Both the position numbers and the translations under genes were made by a program. Positions 4,647-7,975 of a stretch of DNA of 7,975 nt are shown here, one piece after another (within the stretch, counting starts at the first letter, position 1; each line of letters opens with the position of its first letter). The notes beneath the pieces were generated by a model that did not search any database, was not told the DNA's origin, and saw only the letters and a program-made list of their open reading frames with translations. Source of the stretch: Azolla caroliniana (lineage: Eukaryota > Plantae > Polypodiophyta); the NCBI GenBank assembly GCA_043228905.1, contig JBHGNT010001468.1:1-7975 (forward strand). Direction: 5' to 3'.

Positions 4647-7600
4647 ATGACTAGACCAACGCACGACCTGGTTACAGACCGAGCTCGACGCCTCGCCGAA
4701 CGGCAAAGACGGCGTGAGACTTTCCAGCAAGCAGCGCACGAAATTCGCTCGGATCGTTCGTTCTCCAACGAGATCCGGAGAGTCGCGGAGGAATCTCTTG
4801 GGTTACAGCAAACTCGCGACCAGGACGACGGAAGCGGTCTAAGTAGTCTCCGGGAAACCGAACGCCTCCTCGAGGCGCTGGCAAGCGGAGAAAACGAGGC
4901 AGAAGCCTTTTCAGCCTACGAATCGGATTCCGAAGGGGGATACAGCGTGCACACGAACTACCGGAGCAGCAACGATACCCCCGGCGGCCCGGAGGACGAC
5001 GGGTCGGATACCGTGCCGACTCCAGAACCGGAACCGTTCGACAAGGGCTATTCGGAACCGCAAACGGAAGCCGTCAACCCACCAACACCGGAAGTGGAAG
5101 AAGCAAAGCCACCGACACCAACGAAAGAGTCGGCGAAGGTACCGGAAGAAGAGTCGGTGAAGGAACCGGAAAAAGCACCGGAAAAAGAACCGGAAGTGGA
5201 ACCGGAGAGAAAACCGGAAAGATATCAACAAACGCCACTAAACCGCGGCCTAATACTGGACGACGACATGCCGTTCCAATACTCAAAGTATCGCGATGAT
5301 CCGGACGCGGAAGCGCATGTTCATGCCTTCGAGCAGACATGGGAAGCAAATCACGCGTCCCAGCGATTGACACCGGAGGAAGAAGAACGCTCGAAGATAG
5401 CGGAATTCGGGGTCACGTTGGAAGGACCAGCGGCACGATGGCGGCGGACGCAGGACCCGGCGACCATCACAACCTTTGCAGAATTAAAAGCAAAATTCTT
5501 GCATTTTTTCCACAAGGAGGTCGACCAGACGATAATGGTGGGCCTGTTTTATACGATCCGACAGGAGGCAGGGGAAAGCATTCCCCAATTCGTCATCCGT
5601 TTCCAACGAATGCATAGCCAGCTTGCCCGTGCACCCCCGGAGGAGGAATTACAGACGATATTTTTAAACGCACTCCGGGAACCGTTACGCACGGTGTGTA
5701 CGGTGATCGACTTTCGAGGAAGCACCATTGACCAGGTCATTGACCGGGTCAGAGAAATGGAAAAGTCAAGCTCATGGCTTACACTGGGAGCACTGCAACG
5801 GGCGTTACCCACCGATGAAGATCTCCGGTTCTGGCAGGCAATTCAATGCACAATCTGCTTGAATGCCGGACACTCGGCAGTGGAGTGCACCATGCGAACC
5901 CAGTGTGTGATTTGTCAATCCAAGAGTCATACAACAGACCGGTGCGAGTATAACCTACTAAACCGACAAGCACCACCCGTTCGACGGATCGAGCCAAGAA
6001 GCAGCCGAGACGAAGATGAAGATCGTTGGCAAAGAATGAACCGGTACCGACCGGCACAGGATGTCCGGTACGGAGACAAACAAGAGAATGATGGCCGGTA
6101 CGGGGATCGGCATGATAACTACGACCGGTATGAGCGATCGGACCGTTATCGGGAGTCCAACAGACGACACGAGCAATACGACAGAGACCATTCCCCTGGT
6201 TACCGAAGGCACCAGGAGGACTACGGCCGATTTTACGATCCACCACGACAGGACTACCGAAATAAAAATAAGAATAATAAGAAACGTAATTTCAAGAAAG
6301 GTGGTCACCCTAGGGACCCGGAACATGGAACCCCAAGGAGCCAACCGGCACAGAACGCACCACTCACTACAGGACCGACTCCGGCTACCAGCAATGCTGA
6401 ATCCAGCAATACCCGTAAAGAGTACTGCTACTACTGCAGGCAGGAAGGCCACTACAGTAACCAGTGCCCGGCAAAGAGCTACGATAAACGACCAGCAGTT
6501 AATATGGTGGTTCCGGAAGTGGCGGATGTACAGCAAGTAACCACACGGTCGAAAGGCATGGCCAAAGAGTGGGAAACACAAGAGGCCATACGAAAACAGG
6601 CGACGGAATGGGTGAAGGAAGCCAATGAAAGGAACGTCGCGGACGCGGAACGGCAAAAGGCGAATACCATAGGGAGTGCCGGCGGTAGCCACGCAGAAAA
6701 CGAGACATGGCAAGCACTGCAAGAATGTCAGATCACGTTGCCATTAGGAAGACTCTTGCAGCTCGTGCCGCGATTTACGGAAGGACTAAAAACGGTCATG
6801 ACAGACGGTATAGCCCCACCGGCACCAGTCCTCTTCTCGAATCCGGAGGAGGGACCGACGGTGGTGGACACTAGTAGTCCGGTGATTACAGCTATTGTCA
6901 AAGGGCACGAACTTCCCGGCACAGTAATCGATGGAGGTTCCGGGGTGAACGTAATAAGCCTCCGCACGTGTGATGCCTTGGGTATACATGAATGGGAGCC
7001 ATGTCCGTTCTGGCTACAGATGGCGGATACGAGCTCTGTACGGCCGACGGGCTTAATACGGAAATTGGAAGTCACCATAGGAAGTCACACATTTCACATC
7101 TCGGCTGTAGTGCTGCAGCTACAGGCGCAAGGCGCGTACCCACTGTTGCTGGGCAGACCATGGTTGAAAACAGCACACATCAAGCAAAATTGGCGGAAAA
7201 ATATGATTACCTTCCGGCGCGGAAAAGCCAAGGTCCGGGTACCGACACAACCACAGACGAGCAACGGTAAGGAATGCACACCGCTGTATGCAGAATGCGT
7301 GAACATGCTTGAAGGGTTGGCAGACGACGAAGAAGCCCAGTACTTGGAGGAACACCCGAAGATCGTACCACTCTTCGAGATTGACGTGGCTGAAGCCGTA
7401 GCGCCATACTTGCCGCAGCGGGACGAAACCGAAGCCGAACCAGACAAAGATTCGATTCGGGAATTACGGCAAGCACAAGAAGCGTTGGAACGGGAAATGG
7501 CCGTTTCCCAACGGGTAAAAACATCCCAGCTCGACGAAGTGAACCTAGGAAGCAAGGACGAATCAAAGCCGGTACACATCGCCAAAGAAATGAAGCCGGA

Positions 7601-7975
7601 AGATAAAGCGGCGATGATCAAACTTCTCACGGAGTTTCGCGACGTATTCGCCTGGTCATACGAAGACATGCGAGGGTTGGACCCTCAATTATATCAGCAT
7701 CAGATCCACTTAGGCAAGGACGCGAAACCAGTGGCGCAAAGACGTTACCGAATGAACCCCAACTACGCCGCCAAAGTGAAGGAGGAAATCGACAAACTCC
7801 TAAGAGTGGGCTTCATCCGGCCGGTAAAGAAAGCGACGTGGCTGAGCCCCATCGTCGTCGTCCCAAAGAAGAACGGTAAAATCCGTGTGTGTGTAGATTA
7901 CAGGAAACTAAATGCAGCCACAATTACGGATGCATTCCCTCTTCCGTTCACGGATGGAGTACTGGATGTCGTCGC
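4647..7975 (+). CDS. gag-pol: Gag-Pol polyprotein, 3'-partial (acidic Pro-rich N-terminus, capsid, 3 CCHC knuckles, aspartic protease, start of RT)
   Basis: My translation: ATG 4647 follows an in-frame TAA at 4641, and there is no stop to the window end (1109 full codons). Capsid: KYRDDPDAEAHVHAFEQTW...TLEGPAARW...IRQEAGESIPQFVIRF. CCHC knuckles at 5847-5888, 5904-5945 and 6426-6467. Protease VIDGGSGVNVI (D at 6930) and LLLGRPWL. RT from about 7635. Probably absent from the ORF track because it has no stop codon in the window. Confidence 0.95.
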   Translation, partial: MTRPTHDLVTDRARRLAERQRRRETFQQAAHEIRSDRSFSNEIRRVAEESLGLQQTRDQDDGSGLSSLRETERLLEALASGENEAEAFSAYESDSEGGYSVHTNYRSSNDTPGGPEDDGSDTVPTPEPEPFDKGYSEPQTEAVNPPTPEVEEAKPPTPTKESAKVPEEESVKEPEKAPEKEPEVEPERKPERYQQTPLNRGLILDDDMPFQYSKYRDDPDAEAHVHAFEQTWEANHASQRLTPEEEERSKIAEFGVTLEGPAARWRRTQDPATITTFAELKAKFLHFFHKEVDQTIMVGLFYTIRQEAGESIPQFVIRFQRMHSQLARAPPEEELQTIFLNALREPLRTVCTVIDFRGSTIDQVIDRVREMEKSSSWLTLGALQRALPTDEDLRFWQAIQCTICLNAGHSAVECTMRTQCVICQSKSHTTDRCEYNLLNRQAPPVRRIEPRSSRDEDEDRWQRMNRYRPAQDVRYGDKQENDGRYGDRHDNYDRYERSDRYRESNRRHEQYDRDHSPGYRRHQEDYGRFYDPPRQDYRNKNKNNKKRNFKKGGHPRDPEHGTPRSQPAQNAPLTTGPTPATSNAESSNTRKEYCYYCRQEGHYSNQCPAKSYDKRPAVNMVVPEVADVQQVTTRSKGMAKEWETQEAIRKQATEWVKEANERNVADAERQKANTIGSAGGSHAENETWQALQECQITLPLGRLLQLVPRFTEGLKTVMTDGIAPPAPVLFSNPEEGPTVVDTSSPVITAIVKGHELPGTVIDGGSGVNVISLRTCDALGIHEWEPCPFWLQMADTSSVRPTGLIRKLEVTIGSHTFHISAVVLQLQAQGAYPLLLGRPWLKTAHIKQNWRKNMITFRRGKAKVRVPTQPQTSNGKECTPLYAECVNMLEGLADDEEAQYLEEHPKIVPLFEIDVAEAVAPYLPQRDETEAEPDKDSIRELRQAQEALEREMAVSQRVKTSQLDEVNLGSKDESKPVHIAKEMKPEDKAAMIKLLTEFRDVFAWSYEDMRGLDPQLYQHQIHLGKDAKPVAQRRYRMNPNYAAKVKEEIDKLLRVGFIRPVKKATWLSPIVVVPKKNGKIRVCVDYRKLNAATITDAFPLPFTDGVLDVV
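5142..5219 (+). repeat. Imperfect 12-bp coding tandem repeat (PEEE-SVKE-PEKA-PEKE-PEVE-PERK-PE)
   Basis: CCGGAR recurs at 5142, 5166, 5178, 5190, 5202 and 5214, on a 12-nt period with one divergent unit at 5154. Confidence 0.75.

Larger units (their letters stand above)
4155..7975 (+). mobile_element. Ty3/gypsy non-chromovirus LTR retrotransposon (Tat/Athila-related, Phygy-like), 5' portion
   Basis: LTR end GAACACA, PBS TGGCGACCAC, and gag-protease-RT order. The RT motifs WLSPIVVVPKKNGKIRVCVDYRKLNAAT..DAFPLPFTD and VFAWSYEDMRGLD are typical of Tat/Athila-type elements. The left boundary is uncertain. Confidence 0.9.

Noticed and set aside
4672-7669. Antisense ORFs up to 254 aa and alternate-frame plus ORFs over the gypsy gag-pol
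   Set aside because: Low-complexity shadows of the long sense frame, with no domains. Not treated as extra or env-like genes.

Overview
Eukaryotic (plant, most likely bryophyte/moss-like) heterochromatic DNA made entirely of three abutting or nested LTR retrotransposons; no host gene is visible. (1) 1-3251 (+): 3' half of an intact-looking Ty1/copia element of the Tnt1/Tork type, with pol (integrase-RT-RNase H), a PPT and a 609-bp 3' LTR (TGTTGGGA...TCCCAACA). (2) 3252-4154 (-): 5' end of a degenerate Tcn1/Tf1-like chromovirus (Ty3/gypsy), with a 392-bp LTR, an 11-nt putative self-priming PBS and a gag pseudogene cut by the copia insertion. (3) 4155-7975 (+): a non-chromovirus Ty3/gypsy element (Tat/Athila-related, Phygy-like), with a partial 5' LTR, a tRNA-Arg PBS and one uninterrupted gag-protease-RT frame (ATG 4647 to window end, 1109+ codons) missing from the ORF track. 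The most unusual feature is the chromovirus LTR. It appears to prime reverse transcription without tRNA, yet its U3 carries an antisense tRNA-like cassette with Pol III A and B boxes at canonical spacing, next to a tandem array of RY (CATGCA) motifs. All calls are by eye; no database searches were run.
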